Of a stretch of 27,281 nt of DNA, positions 16,258-24,917 are shown piece after piece. This stretch comes from a virus (taxonomy: Duplodnaviria > Caudoviricetes). The DNA is taken from positions 1 through 27,281 of IMG/VR virus record IMGVR_UViG_3300032234_000296. One strand, 5' to 3'. Positions within the stretch are counted from its first letter, which is position 1. Each line of letters begins with the position of its first letter. The notes beneath the pieces were generated by a model. That model saw only the letters and a list, made by a program, of their open reading frames with translations. It had not been told where the DNA came from and ran no database searches. The position numbers were made by a program, and so were the translations under genes.

Positions 16258-16418
16258 CTTTCTAAGGTTTCTTCTTCTTCCTTGTTTAGCTCTGCCTCAT
16301 CAAAAGCTGCCTCAAGGATTGCCAAAACATCAAGGCCAGAAATCTCCTCGTTGTGATTTCCAACAGTTACCACGTAGGTTTCTGTGGGCATAATCCTGAA
16401 TCTAGTCTTATTTACCAT
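16254..16418 (-). CDS. hypothetical protein (54 aa)
   Basis: Leaderless ATG 6 nt after TATAAT; acidic C-terminus. Confidence 0.65.
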   Translation of the reverse strand: MVNKTRFRIMPTETYVVTVGNHNEEISGLDVLAILEAAFDEAELNKEEEETLES

Positions 16419-16518
16419 ATACTAATTATAGCAAGGTTTTGAGTCAGAGTAAACAAAAAGTTGATTTTTTCTTAATATTTGGGTATAATGGATATACGCT
16501 AAAAAGAAAGAAACCCTA

Positions 16519-17034
16519 ATGATTAAACTTGTAACAATTGCCCTTGCGTCTATTTTGACTATTGCGGGGGTATCAGCAGCTCAACCCAAACAAGATCTAG
16601 CCCAAATAGACAGAGCAGAGACTCAAAGGCTAATGGCAATGAAAGAGACTCCAAAGCCCAAATACGAGTACAAGAAGAACGAACGACTAAAACCAAAAGA
16701 GTTAAAACAAATACTTCACGATGTGGGGTTTAGAGGTCAGGCACTCAAAGAGGCTTGGGGAACAGCTATGAGAGAATCAACTGGTAGACCAAGAGCCCAT
16801 AATGATAATCGTAATACAGGAGACAACTCCTATGGACTTTTTCAAATCAATATGATTGACAGTCTTGGCCCAGCCAGAAGAAAACAGTTTAACCTTGAGT
16901 CCAACGAAGATTTGTTTAACCCAGTTCGTAATGCTGAAATAGCATTCTTTATGTCTAATGGTGGCAAGAACTGGTCAGCTTGGAATGGAATCACTGAGAG
17001 TGCCAGGAAATGGATGAAAGAGTTTCCTGAGTAA
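16519..17034 (+). CDS. secreted lysozyme-like/lytic transglycosylase
   Basis: Signal peptide, RES catalytic Glu, SYGLFQIN, WSAW. Confidence 0.88.
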   Translation: MIKLVTIALASILTIAGVSAAQPKQDLAQIDRAETQRLMAMKETPKPKYEYKKNERLKPKELKQILHDVGFRGQALKEAWGTAMRESTGRPRAHNDNRNTGDNSYGLFQINMIDSLGPARRKQFNLESNEDLFNPVRNAEIAFFMSNGGKNWSAWNGITESARKWMKEFPE

Positions 17035-17433
17035 CTACATCTTTATAAGATATTTAAAAGCATCCACATAACCAGCAGCAATAGCCTTCTTAATCATTTT
17101 ATGAGATGAGCTACCGTGCTTGGGCAGGTCTGAAAAGTAAACAATGTATTTGATGTTTGGGTTGTCTGCCTTAATTAAAGCTCCATTGGCAATAGCTTTT
17201 TTTACATTGTCAGTTCGCTTGGCACCAGGACGCTTCTTCTCGCCACGCTCCCCACCCTTAGCCTCAATGTAGACGGTATCGTAAGTGGTGTTGTAAGCAA
17301 AGTCAACCTCTATGCCAAGGTCTTTTAAAACAACATGTCTTTTTATGTCTTTGTGTCCAGACCTTTGAAGATCCTCTAACACCATGTCCTCAAAGTCATC
17401 TCCAGACTTTGTTGATTCTGCTTGAAAGTTCAT
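17035..17433 (-). CDS. PD-(D/E)XK restriction endonuclease-like nuclease
   Basis: G..FE, EVDF, IEAKGG, RTDNVKKA. Confidence 0.8.
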   Translation of the reverse strand: MNFQAESTKSGDDFEDMVLEDLQRSGHKDIKRHVVLKDLGIEVDFAYNTTYDTVYIEAKGGERGEKKRPGAKRTDNVKKAIANGALIKADNPNIKYIVYFSDLPKHGSSSHKMIKKAIAAGYVDAFKYLIKM

Positions 17434-17514
17434 AAAAAAATGGTATCATCAAATTACCACAAAGTCAAGCATTTCTTTATTGACATCTGTATTTGAATGC
17501 TGTATACTGAGCAT

Positions 17515-17727
17515 ATGGAAAACACAGAGAAAGGGCCAGACATAGCCCATACCTTTATGATGGGTTTTGACGCTGGGGTTACTTCTGCCAAAGGCACTGC
17601 TACCCTAGCTGAGCGTGATAGAATTTTACAGGCTATTAACAAGCTAGAAGAACAGTCTGAAGCTACAAGAACACCACTATACCAAGAAACACTATTTGCT
17701 AAGATAAGGGAGATCGTCAATGGCTAA
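17515..17727 (+). CDS. hypothetical protein
   Basis: Leaderless; TTGACA(17480)-17-TATACT(17508). Confidence 0.8.
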   Translation: MENTEKGPDIAHTFMMGFDAGVTSAKGTATLAERDRILQAINKLEEQSEATRTPLYQETLFAKIREIVNG

Positions 17728-17818
17728 GATGGCAAGCCTTCACGCTGAGGGACTAACTGACAAAGATCTAGAAGAAGCACAGGTTGCTGAGATTCTAGAA
17801 GAAGTCCTTGTGGACTAA
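17720..17818 (+). CDS. small hypothetical protein (32 aa)
   Basis: GGGAG SD; MAKMASLHAEG... Confidence 0.6.
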   Translation: MAKMASLHAEGLTDKDLEEAQVAEILEEVLVD

Positions 17819-17819
17819 T

Positions 17820-17957
17820 ATGAGAAAACAGATTATAAAAGATAGTCTTAAAATAGGTGTGCTTATCGTGGCAATCCTGTTCGTTTTCGTAGTAACCCTT
17901 CCGTTCCTTGTGAGCGATGAGTTCGACGCAATTTTACAATCCATTGTTGAAAGGTAA
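17820..17957 (+). CDS. small membrane protein (45 aa)
   Basis: Single TM; tight coupling to the upstream stop. Confidence 0.6.
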   Translation: MRKQIIKDSLKIGVLIVAILFVFVVTLPFLVSDEFDAILQSIVER

Positions 17958-18031
17958 AGTTCGGCGGTAAATAGAGAAACAAACAACCACAAGTGGTTGA
18001 CATACTCTAGTATCCCTAGTATAATTGAAAT

Positions 18032-18310
18032 ATGAAAATAAAGAAAATAACCAAGAAAATTGAACAGTACGCAACAAAGTCCTATTTTAGAGGATACAAC
18101 ACAGGGTTTAACGATGGCATTATGGAAAGCTCAGAACCCTCCTTTCAAGAAGGATCACAAGCTGAGCAAGAACGTATTCAGACTGTCTTAGACATGCACA
18201 TCCAATGGGCTTTAGAATCTGGCAAGGGTGGCGAAGTAGTAATGCTTAATCGTGTCAAGGAAATGCTCACCCCTATCGTAATAACTAATGATGAAGACGA
18301 TACGTTCTAA
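18032..18310 (+). CDS. hypothetical protein
   Basis: Leaderless; TTGACA(17997)-17-TATAAT(18025). Confidence 0.8.
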   Translation: MKIKKITKKIEQYATKSYFRGYNTGFNDGIMESSEPSFQEGSQAEQERIQTVLDMHIQWALESGKGGEVVMLNRVKEMLTPIVITNDEDDTF

Positions 18311-18774
18311 TGCAAACCTTCCTACCATACAGAGACTTTAGAGAGTCTGCTGAAGTATTAGACAGTAAGCGTCTAAACAAACAAATCCTAGAAGGCTACC
18401 AAATACTTAAAGTCCTTAATAGTGATGACCCTAAAGCTGCTTGGAGAAACCACCCAGCTGTTAAGATGTGGAGAGGTGCAGAAACCACCCTACACGAATA
18501 TGTCCTGACTATGGCTGATGTGGCAACTGCCAGGGGTATCAAGACTGACAAGAACCTAGAGAACATTGCCAACCTACGCCAAGCTACCAGACAAAATTGG
18601 GGTACACAAAAGCCATTCTGGATTAACAACCAAACCATCATAGACAGACTAACAGAATCACATAGAGCAAACCTATATAGAAAAGACCCAGAATTCTATA
18701 TGGACTTTGTACACGATCAGGCAAACCCTTGCTGTGATAGATGCCAATATTTCTGGGTAACACATAATCTATAG
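18310..18774 (+). CDS. pyrimidine-dimer DNA glycosylase/DenV-like protein (MSMEG_6728 family)
   Basis: MQTFLPY, LD.KRL.KQ..E..QIL, W.NHPAV.MW.G, SHR.NL.RKDP.FY. Confidence 0.85.
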   Translation: MQTFLPYRDFRESAEVLDSKRLNKQILEGYQILKVLNSDDPKAAWRNHPAVKMWRGAETTLHEYVLTMADVATARGIKTDKNLENIANLRQATRQNWGTQKPFWINNQTIIDRLTESHRANLYRKDPEFYMDFVHDQANPCCDRCQYFWVTHNL

Positions 18775-18783
18775 GAGAGACAA

Positions 18784-19044
18784 ATGGACAAGAGAAAAGC
18801 ATACGCAGACATAGTAGAAAGCTTCATCAATGGTGGAGGTAGAGAGCCATATTGGGAAGAAGCCTTTGCTTGGAGTATGGGATATCAAGTGGCATTTGAC
18901 ATTGCCAGAAAGCAACTCAAAGATGGTTTGGAGCTAGATGCAGAACCAGACTTCCGTCCTGATAACGATATCATGAAGAAGAACTTTGAAGAGCTTGAGG
19001 CTAAAAAATCCAGGGTATCAGAAGATACACCTGATGAGTCCTAG
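18784..19044 (+). CDS. hypothetical protein
   Basis: AGGAG SD. Confidence 0.8.
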   Translation: MDKRKAYADIVESFINGGGREPYWEEAFAWSMGYQVAFDIARKQLKDGLELDAEPDFRPDNDIMKKNFEELEAKKSRVSEDTPDES

Positions 19045-19072
19045 TATAAAATACACCTAGTAGGAAACCCAT

Positions 19073-19144
19073 ATGGAAAACCTTTTGGTTGCTATCTTTG
19101 CCTTTATAGGAGCATATCTGGCTGCTTCGTATTTGAGGAAATAA
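19073..19144 (+). CDS. possible 23-aa single-TM peptide
   Basis: MENLLVAIFAFIGAYLAASYLRK*; AGGA SD. Confidence 0.45.
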   Translation: MENLLVAIFAFIGAYLAASYLRK

Positions 19145-19164
19145 CCCCATAGCCCCACATCAAA

Positions 19165-19829
19165 GATGGTTTGATACCCCGCAAAAATAGCAAACTTATA
19201 CACAGGGTTTGATAGTTATCCACATAGTTATGCACATGTTTATCCACAGATAGATCTTACTGATTATATTAAGATTTGACCTATAAGTGGAGGATAGTGG
19301 TTTGTAATGGGGAATAGAACCCATTTAAACAGGGGCTCGTAATCATTTTACCACAAACCCTCCTATTTGTCAATACCAAACCATCATAATCTCAAACCAT
19401 TCTAGCGGAAATAGCTGCCAAACCATCATATAAAACATACAAAAATAGGATGGTTTTTGATCAAAACCACATACAAATTTATATAAACTATATGGTTTTT
19501 TATCAAAAGATAATGGTTTTGTATTTGTATTTATACTAGGGGTAATGGGTATTCTTTTTGATACCCTGGCCCGTAGGGCTGCGGCTGCGCCGCCAAAAAT
19601 TCCAGGGAATTTAGAGATCTATCGTAATACCAAACCACTATAATAACAAACCACTCTATCCTGATATACAAAACTTTCAGGGATTTTTTCAAAAGGGTTC
19701 TTAATGTCTATTTGGGGATATGTGGTTTGACATATATGGGGATATGATGGTTTGATAATAAGATGGTTTGATGGTTTGATACCCCCAAAAGTTTCAGGGA
19801 TTTTTTGGAGAAGGTTCTTAATGTCTATT
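19165..19829. repeat. repeat-rich non-coding region
   Basis: About a dozen RTGGTTT/AAACCAY copies in both orientations; imperfect 43-bp direct repeat 19670-19712/19787-19829. Confidence 0.75.
19196..19248 (+). promoter_or_regulatory. cluster of four co-oriented DnaA boxes
   Basis: TTATACACA 19196, TTATCCACA 19216, TTATGCACA 19228, TTATCCACA 19240 (consensus TTWTNCACA). Confidence 0.8.
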
Positions 19830-19856
19830 GACAAAAATAGGTTGTTCTGGTATAAT
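19828..19856 (+). promoter_or_regulatory. consensus promoter facing the minus-strand genes
   Basis: TTGACA-17-TATAAT with extended -10 TG; no sense ORF downstream. Confidence 0.7.
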
Positions 19857-19922
19857 GGGGGAGGGGCATGCCACAAAATGGATCCTGAGTCAAGCACCCA
19901 GGACACACCTTGTAGTTATTCT

Positions 19923-20201
19923 TTATAGGCCTTTTGCTAAGCTAAGTAGCTCATCTAGATTATCCCAGTCTTCGTCCTCTACTTGAAGACTAGCCAATAG
20001 CAAATCAAAACTTTCGTCCACAAACTTCTCTGCCATTTCTGTTGACTTGACAATGTTGTTCGCAATAGCATAAGCAATTGGTAAGCCTAAGTCATTGTAT
20101 TCTAGGAAATCCTCAAACTCTGGCTCATCTCTATAACGTAGCCAAAGCTCTCCCAAAATCTGACATTTGTTAGAAAAGGGGGTTGTGGTGTCTTCTGTCA
20201 T
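19923..20201 (-). CDS. hypothetical protein
   Basis: ORF track; acidic; YNDLGLP.AY. Confidence 0.85.
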   Translation of the reverse strand: MTEDTTTPFSNKCQILGELWLRYRDEPEFEDFLEYNDLGLPIAYAIANNIVKSTEMAEKFVDESFDLLLASLQVEDEDWDNLDELLSLAKGL

Positions 20202-20388
20202 TTGTTGCTTCTCTCTCTTGTTCTGCTATGTCTACAATCTCAATAATTCTGTTGTAGGATACTTTTGGTGCTACCCTGAAAAAATGTCTACCAACCTCAT
20301 CTAGGTTTAGTGTGTAGTCGTTTACAATGTCTGACATCTTCATAGCAATCTTTTCTTCTTTGCTAACTGGTATTCTTCTGCTTCTCAT
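20170..20388 (-). CDS. hypothetical protein
   Basis: AGGAG SD; extended -10 TGATACAAT upstream. Confidence 0.8.
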   Translation of the reverse strand: MRSRRIPVSKEEKIAMKMSDIVNDYTLNLDEVGRHFFRVAPKVSYNRIIEIVDIAEQEREATNDRRHHNPLF

Positions 20389-20424
20389 TTGTCTCCTATT
20401 TAGTTATAGATTCCTATTGTATCA

Positions 20425-20558
20425 AAAGTTAGGGGAAAGCACAAGCAAGAAAGGTATAACAACCTGTGCTCTCCCCTGTGTAGAGTAGGCGACCCCTCAC
20501 CCCTCTACTCATTGGTAGGGAGTTATCTCTACCCACCAAACCTGTATTTAGTTATACC
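20425..20558 (-). ncRNA. candidate sRNA with three hairpins
   Basis: Own promoter TTGACA-17-TACAAT (20565-20593); no convincing ORF; ends in hairpin plus U-run. Confidence 0.5.
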
Positions 20559-20596
20559 TATCCAATTGTACAGGATAGCGCTGACCTTGTCAAGGG

Positions 20597-20974
20597 TCAA
20601 AATAGAACTTCATCCTTGTATTTAGGGAGCATTTCAAAGATAAACTTTAGCCTATCTGAGAGTACCTCCCACTTCTCAAATATAAAGCCCTCTAATCCAT
20701 ACCACGTATCTACCTCATTATCAAAGTAGGGGTCGTTATCGATTAAAAACTCTTGCTCTTCTGGAGTCAGCTCGATCGGAACTGATACCTCTTCTGTCGT
20801 TTGGCCAGTGTACTCATATACATGAATATACCAGGGTCCAAAGAACCTATATTCCCCATCTGCGTCCAACTGCTCCAGCTGATAAATGTTTAGGTCATAG
20901 ATAAACTTATCTCTATCTGCATTGGCATTCCTCTTGAATCTGCCGTAACCTTTTGATTCTGTCTTAGTCAACAT
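20597..20974 (-). CDS. hypothetical protein
   Basis: ORF track. Confidence 0.8.
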   Translation of the reverse strand: MLTKTESKGYGRFKRNANADRDKFIYDLNIYQLEQLDADGEYRFFGPWYIHVYEYTGQTTEEVSVPIELTPEEQEFLIDNDPYFDNEVDTWYGLEGFIFEKWEVLSDRLKFIFEMLPKYKDEVLF

Positions 20975-21383
20975 ACTTAGTCACCATCCCATACCCTTCG
21001 CATTCTTGGCAGTTAGGATTTCCAAAACCGCCATCTTCGTACGCATCTTCATCGTAGCACTCACACTCTACCTCTACAGATACTAGGCAGTAGTCGTCCT
21101 CGTTTTCCCAAGGTATCTCTGTGATGTAATAGTGTAATCTATTTACATAAGCAAACCCAGCAACAATCAGGTCTGACATGTCCCCCTGAATGTTAGTCCA
21201 AACATACTTAGGGTCTTGCTTCTGTACGAATTCCAGCTCTTCACCATAAGTCTCAAAGATTATCTCTTCGTGCTGTGGGTCTCTGAATGGGTTCTTGATA
21301 GGCTTGAACTTAGCCTCCCACTCATTCCAACCCTGATACTCTGTGTATGGTGGTTGTTGAATAACAATTGGTTTGATTGTCAT
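20964..21383 (-). CDS. hypothetical protein with C-terminal Cys cluster
   Basis: AGAAAGG SD; FETYG, CEC...CQECEG.G. Confidence 0.85.
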   Translation of the reverse strand: MTIKPIVIQQPPYTEYQGWNEWEAKFKPIKNPFRDPQHEEIIFETYGEELEFVQKQDPKYVWTNIQGDMSDLIVAGFAYVNRLHYYITEIPWENEDDYCLVSVEVECECYDEDAYEDGGFGNPNCQECEGYGMVTKYVD

Positions 21384-21540
21384 TTGTTGCCTTTCTCTTT
21401 GGGGTCCTCTATTTTACCACTACCCACTGACATTATCAATCGTAGCTGTGCTTCAATCTCAGCCTTATCTTTGGCAGTAAGATTATCTCTTATGAACTGT
21501 GTGTCTTTGGCTAGGTCGCCAGTTATATATTTAGTATCCA

Positions 21541-22083
21541 TTAGAAGTGAAAGTCCACAGGAACAAGATACCAGTTCTTGTTGCCATTGTCAATAGATTC
21601 ATACAAATATTTGGGGGTAGTTGTATCATTCAACATATCATAGAAATATGCATTGAAGTCCCAAGTACCATACGCCATATCAATTAGTTTCTTGATAGGA
21701 TAAAGAGCTTGGAAGGAAGGAAAGTCAAACTCTTTAGGGTCATAGTCATTGATTATCTTAGTAAGGACATCAAGGTCTAGGTCTTTGGCATAACCGTCAA
21801 ACTCTGATTTGCGGTCTTCCATAGACCTTAGCACCTGAGTTCTAAAAGCTACTGGGTCTTCGTCATATGAGATAATCATATTAGTTTTACCCTCAGCATA
21901 TGCAGCTGTAGCACTGTCATCACCTTCAGTGTTCCAACGTCCACCACCACAAACAAACCAGTCATACCAAGTAAGGGTTGGTGATTCATAGTCGCCTAGC
22001 ATACTTTGCAGGGTATCTTCTACTCTACGATAGGCCTCATCTTTATCATCAGCTTCTACAGCTATCCATTGCAAAACGTGCAT
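21541..22083 (-). CDS. hypothetical protein
   Basis: Start moved to ATG 22083 (SD, TAATG coupling); WYDWF..GGGRW, LVPVDFHF. Confidence 0.85.
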   Translation of the reverse strand: MHVLQWIAVEADDKDEAYRRVEDTLQSMLGDYESPTLTWYDWFVCGGGRWNTEGDDSATAAYAEGKTNMIISYDEDPVAFRTQVLRSMEDRKSEFDGYAKDLDLDVLTKIINDYDPKEFDFPSFQALYPIKKLIDMAYGTWDFNAYFYDMLNDTTTPKYLYESIDNGNKNWYLVPVDFHF

Positions 22084-22187
22084 TATACTTTCTTTCCTTT
22101 GTATAGGTCTACGCCTAGTCCTTTGTTTACTACCTTGCCACAATGAGTACAAGCACCATAACTAAAATAATGAATATGTTTGGCCAT
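22083..22187 (-). CDS. small His/Cys protein (34 aa)
   Basis: MAKHIHYFSYGACTHCGK...; TAATG coupling on both sides. Confidence 0.65.
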   Translation of the reverse strand: MAKHIHYFSYGACTHCGKVVNKGLGVDLYKGKKV

Positions 22188-22357
22188 TATTGACCTACCC
22201 AAGTCTCGCCTGTGTAGTTGTATGAACTAGCATTAGTTGCGTAGTCCCAAAGACTTTCGTCATCTTCTGCAATTTCTAGGGCTTGTTCTTCTGTATCTGC
22301 TTCAACTGTAATCTCTTCCCAGTTGGTGTATTCTCTTTGTACTCTGAATTCAGGCAT
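22187..22357 (-). CDS. small acidic protein (56 aa), VEA...A motif
   Basis: MPEFRVQREYTNWEEITVEADTEEQALEIA...; GAGG SD. Confidence 0.8.
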   Translation of the reverse strand: MPEFRVQREYTNWEEITVEADTEEQALEIAEDDESLWDYATNASSYNYTGETWVGQ

Positions 22358-22506
22358 TAGTTCACCTCTGTTGCTGACACATCAACAACCTCTAGTTCCC
22401 AGTTGTAATCCTCAAAGCCGTCTCCAAGACTTTGGGCATCAACTTGGTTTGGGGCTTCTACCTGAAAGCGATAGATTACTGTGGTTTCTACATTGTATTT
22501 TGGCAT
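22357..22506 (-). CDS. small acidic protein (49 aa), VEA...A motif
   Basis: MPKYNVETTVIYRFQVEAPNQVDA...; SD and promoter. Confidence 0.8.
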   Translation of the reverse strand: MPKYNVETTVIYRFQVEAPNQVDAQSLGDGFEDYNWELEVVDVSATEVN

Positions 22507-22721
22507 TATTCCTACTTTCTATTTCTCTAATTATACTGTGAACCTACGACATTTGTGGGGGTATCTATTGGGGGCTTTATTGTTATAGGTCCATTATACA
22601 GATACCCACTGACATTGTCAATAGATCCTCAAACTTTCTGGGGTTTTTTTGCTTACCTTCTTAATTACTTTTTACAGTTAACTATCTTATGTAAACTAAA
22701 AGTGGCATGCCCAAAAATGGG

Positions 22722-22748
22722 GAGCAGTTTTGACACTTGCTCAGGTGT
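22722..22748 (-). ncRNA. compact pseudoknot, copy 2
   Basis: ACAC-CTGAGCAA-GTGT-CAAAAC-TGCTC. Confidence 0.65.
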
Positions 22749-22755
22749 TTTGTTT

Positions 22756-23766
22756 TTAGGCTGTTGCCAACTGAACTGCCTTGAAGATTCTGTTCTTCTC
22801 AGCGTTGGTCATTGGGTCAAAGCCAGAAGCAGAAGCAAGAATGGATTCTGTCTTGCCCTTGCGACCTGTGCGATACCAGTCTAGTCTTTCAGTTAGAGCG
22901 TTAGCAACACCCCAAGCTGTGCCAGTAATTGTGTTGTTGTAATCGCCAACATAGATGTCGTTGATTAGGTCAATCTTGTTTTCCCAACGACTAGTGGCAC
23001 CCTTAGCCTCTTCTTTTGGCTGTGGGTATAATGCCAAAACAATTTCGTCAAACTTCTTTTTGCTAACCTCAGTTTGAATCATCTTGTTTGCCATTAGACT
23101 AAACTCGTCAATGTAAGCGTTAGCCAAGCCCAATGCCTCACGAGCAATTTGAACTTTACCACTTGCGGTTTGTGTGTGGCGAATCTTGAAGGACTGCTTT
23201 ACAGAACCACCACGACCACGATTACCCAACGCTAGGTTTAGAGTGTTAGCACATACAACACGAACAGGTGTGATACTTGCCTGAATGGAGATTGAGCCGT
23301 CATGGCTAGTGTTTACTAGAAGATAAGTGTTTACCTTATCACCAACGCCGTTAGGGTCAATAACAGTTTCTCTTTCCAATGCCAAAGCACCAAAGACAAC
23401 ACGACCGCCCTTGATTGAACCTGCTGTTTCCCAACGTCCTCCGTTGTCTAGCAAGTTATCAGCAAAGTCAAATAGCTCCTCATTCTGAAGCGGAACATAA
23501 CGCTCACCAACAACACCAAGAACATCTTTGTTGCCCTTGATGAATGGGTTATCACGAACTACGAAAGAATAGTTCTTGTCTGATTCCATACCTGTTGGAA
23601 TCTCTACATCTTCAAGACGGACGTTCCACTTGTTTAGCTTAGCTTTCTTTAGCATCTCAGCTGTTGATACTTCCTCAGTGAATACCTCACCTAAACCATG
23701 CCAAGCTGGTTCACGTAGGGAAGCAAAGGCGGTTTCTCCGTTTACTGTTTCTAGCAAATGTGCCAT
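22756..23766 (-). CDS. DUF932/DUF945 phage/plasmid-like protein (TIGR03299 type)
   Basis: AWHGLG, LGVVG.RY..LQN, ETAGS..GG..VF, SHDGS, TPVRVVC.NTL, IRHT. Confidence 0.9.
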   Translation of the reverse strand: MAHLLETVNGETAFASLREPAWHGLGEVFTEEVSTAEMLKKAKLNKWNVRLEDVEIPTGMESDKNYSFVVRDNPFIKGNKDVLGVVGERYVPLQNEELFDFADNLLDNGGRWETAGSIKGGRVVFGALALERETVIDPNGVGDKVNTYLLVNTSHDGSISIQASITPVRVVCANTLNLALGNRGRGGSVKQSFKIRHTQTASGKVQIAREALGLANAYIDEFSLMANKMIQTEVSKKKFDEIVLALYPQPKEEAKGATSRWENKIDLINDIYVGDYNNTITGTAWGVANALTERLDWYRTGRKGKTESILASASGFDPMTNAEKNRIFKAVQLATA

Positions 23767-23912
23767 TTTATCTACTTTCTTTAGGGGTTGTTTATTTATA
23801 GTCTTATTTTACAGCCAACCACTGACATTTGTCAAGCTTATTTCTGGGGGTTTTTTGGCTATCTTCTTAATTGTTATGATCCTGTTATAATTGGCGGCAT
23901 GCCAAAAAATGG

Positions 23913-23940
23913 TGGACAGATTTACGTCATGTCCAGGACG
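23913..23940 (-). ncRNA. compact pseudoknot, copy 3
   Basis: CGTC-CTGGACAT-GACG-TAAATC-TGTCCA. Confidence 0.65.
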
Positions 23941-23980
23941 GTCAACCTAGCAGAAAGGAATTAAGGCTAGGCCAACATGT

Positions 23981-24484
23981 TTACACTGACTCTAGCTCCA
24001 CACCCATTGAAGTTAGATAGTGTTCGTCAGGTGGAAGATTCTCTAAAAAGAATTCCTTTACAATTCCATTCCAAGTAGAGATAAACTTTTTAGACTGGAA
24101 GTCTACCTCATAGATACCCTCGCAAAACAAAGTGTCATTTCGAAACTCTGAATTGTCTACGGTCTTGATTACGCTGTTTGAATTAGCAACTACCTCAAGA
24201 ATTCCAACACCTGTATCTCTGTGAAGTCCAGGGTATGCATTCAAGAAATCTTTATTTTCCCAATCAGTACTCTCAAAGGAATTGTAGATCTTATCACATT
24301 CCTCATCAGTAATAAACTCGACATTGTCTAGCTTAGATTCCAACAGCTGTTGGTTGTTTTCATTGCGCAAAAATTCTAGGACCTTGATACCTGAATAACT
24401 TGGGTACCCATCCCATTGGCCGTATAGCGCTACCTTAGTTGTTCCTTCTGCATTCTTTACTACTGTTAGGTTTCTAGTTCCCAT
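23981..24484 (-). CDS. hypothetical phage protein
   Basis: MGTR...Y.QWDGYP...G pattern; SD. Confidence 0.85.
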   Translation of the reverse strand: MGTRNLTVVKNAEGTTKVALYGQWDGYPSYSGIKVLEFLRNENNQQLLESKLDNVEFITDEECDKIYNSFESTDWENKDFLNAYPGLHRDTGVGILEVVANSNSVIKTVDNSEFRNDTLFCEGIYEVDFQSKKFISTWNGIVKEFFLENLPPDEHYLTSMGVELESV

Positions 24485-24499
24485 TTGTTTTCCTTTTCT

Positions 24500-24706
24500 T
24501 TAGTCTATTGTTTCGTTTTCAATTATCTCATAGTCAGCCCAAGAACGCAATCTATCGCCACGCATTAGGTCCATCAAATCCTCATAGACACTATCTTCCA
24601 AGTCATCTATAATTTCAGTTGGCTTTAGCTCTGTATGGTCAACGTCATCTCCATAGTGAGAATCTAGGTCATAGTTGAACTCAATAACTATCTTAGCTAC
24701 TGCCAT
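24500..24706 (-). CDS. small acidic hypothetical protein
   Basis: AGGAG SD; TAATG coupling. Confidence 0.8.
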   Translation of the reverse strand: MAVAKIVIEFNYDLDSHYGDDVDHTELKPTEIIDDLEDSVYEDLMDLMRGDRLRSWADYEIIENETID

Positions 24707-24876
24707 TACTTTTCTCCTAGGCTATTGAAGTTGTCGCTATCATAGGGGTCAATAAAAGCGTTCCAATCTCCGTCTGGTAAGTCATAGTGTTTTTCCATAC
24801 CCAACTCAATTGCTTCATCTTCTGTTTCTGCCTGAACCCAATAGGTAGCATTGTATTCTACTTGCCAAGTTTTCAT
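24706..24876 (-). CDS. small acidic protein, VQA...EA motif
   Basis: Start moved to ATG 24876 (AGAAAGGA SD; track start overlaps the -10 box). Confidence 0.8.
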   Translation of the reverse strand: MKTWQVEYNATYWVQAETEDEAIELGMEKHYDLPDGDWNAFIDPYDSDNFNSLGEK

Positions 24877-24917
24877 AGTTTCCTTTCTTTCTTCCATTTT
24901 AGCATTACCCTACGACA

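Noticed and set aside
19145-19920. CRISPR array; ORF 19619..19906
   Set aside because: Repeats are short, irregularly spaced and in mixed orientation; the ORF merely translates the repeats
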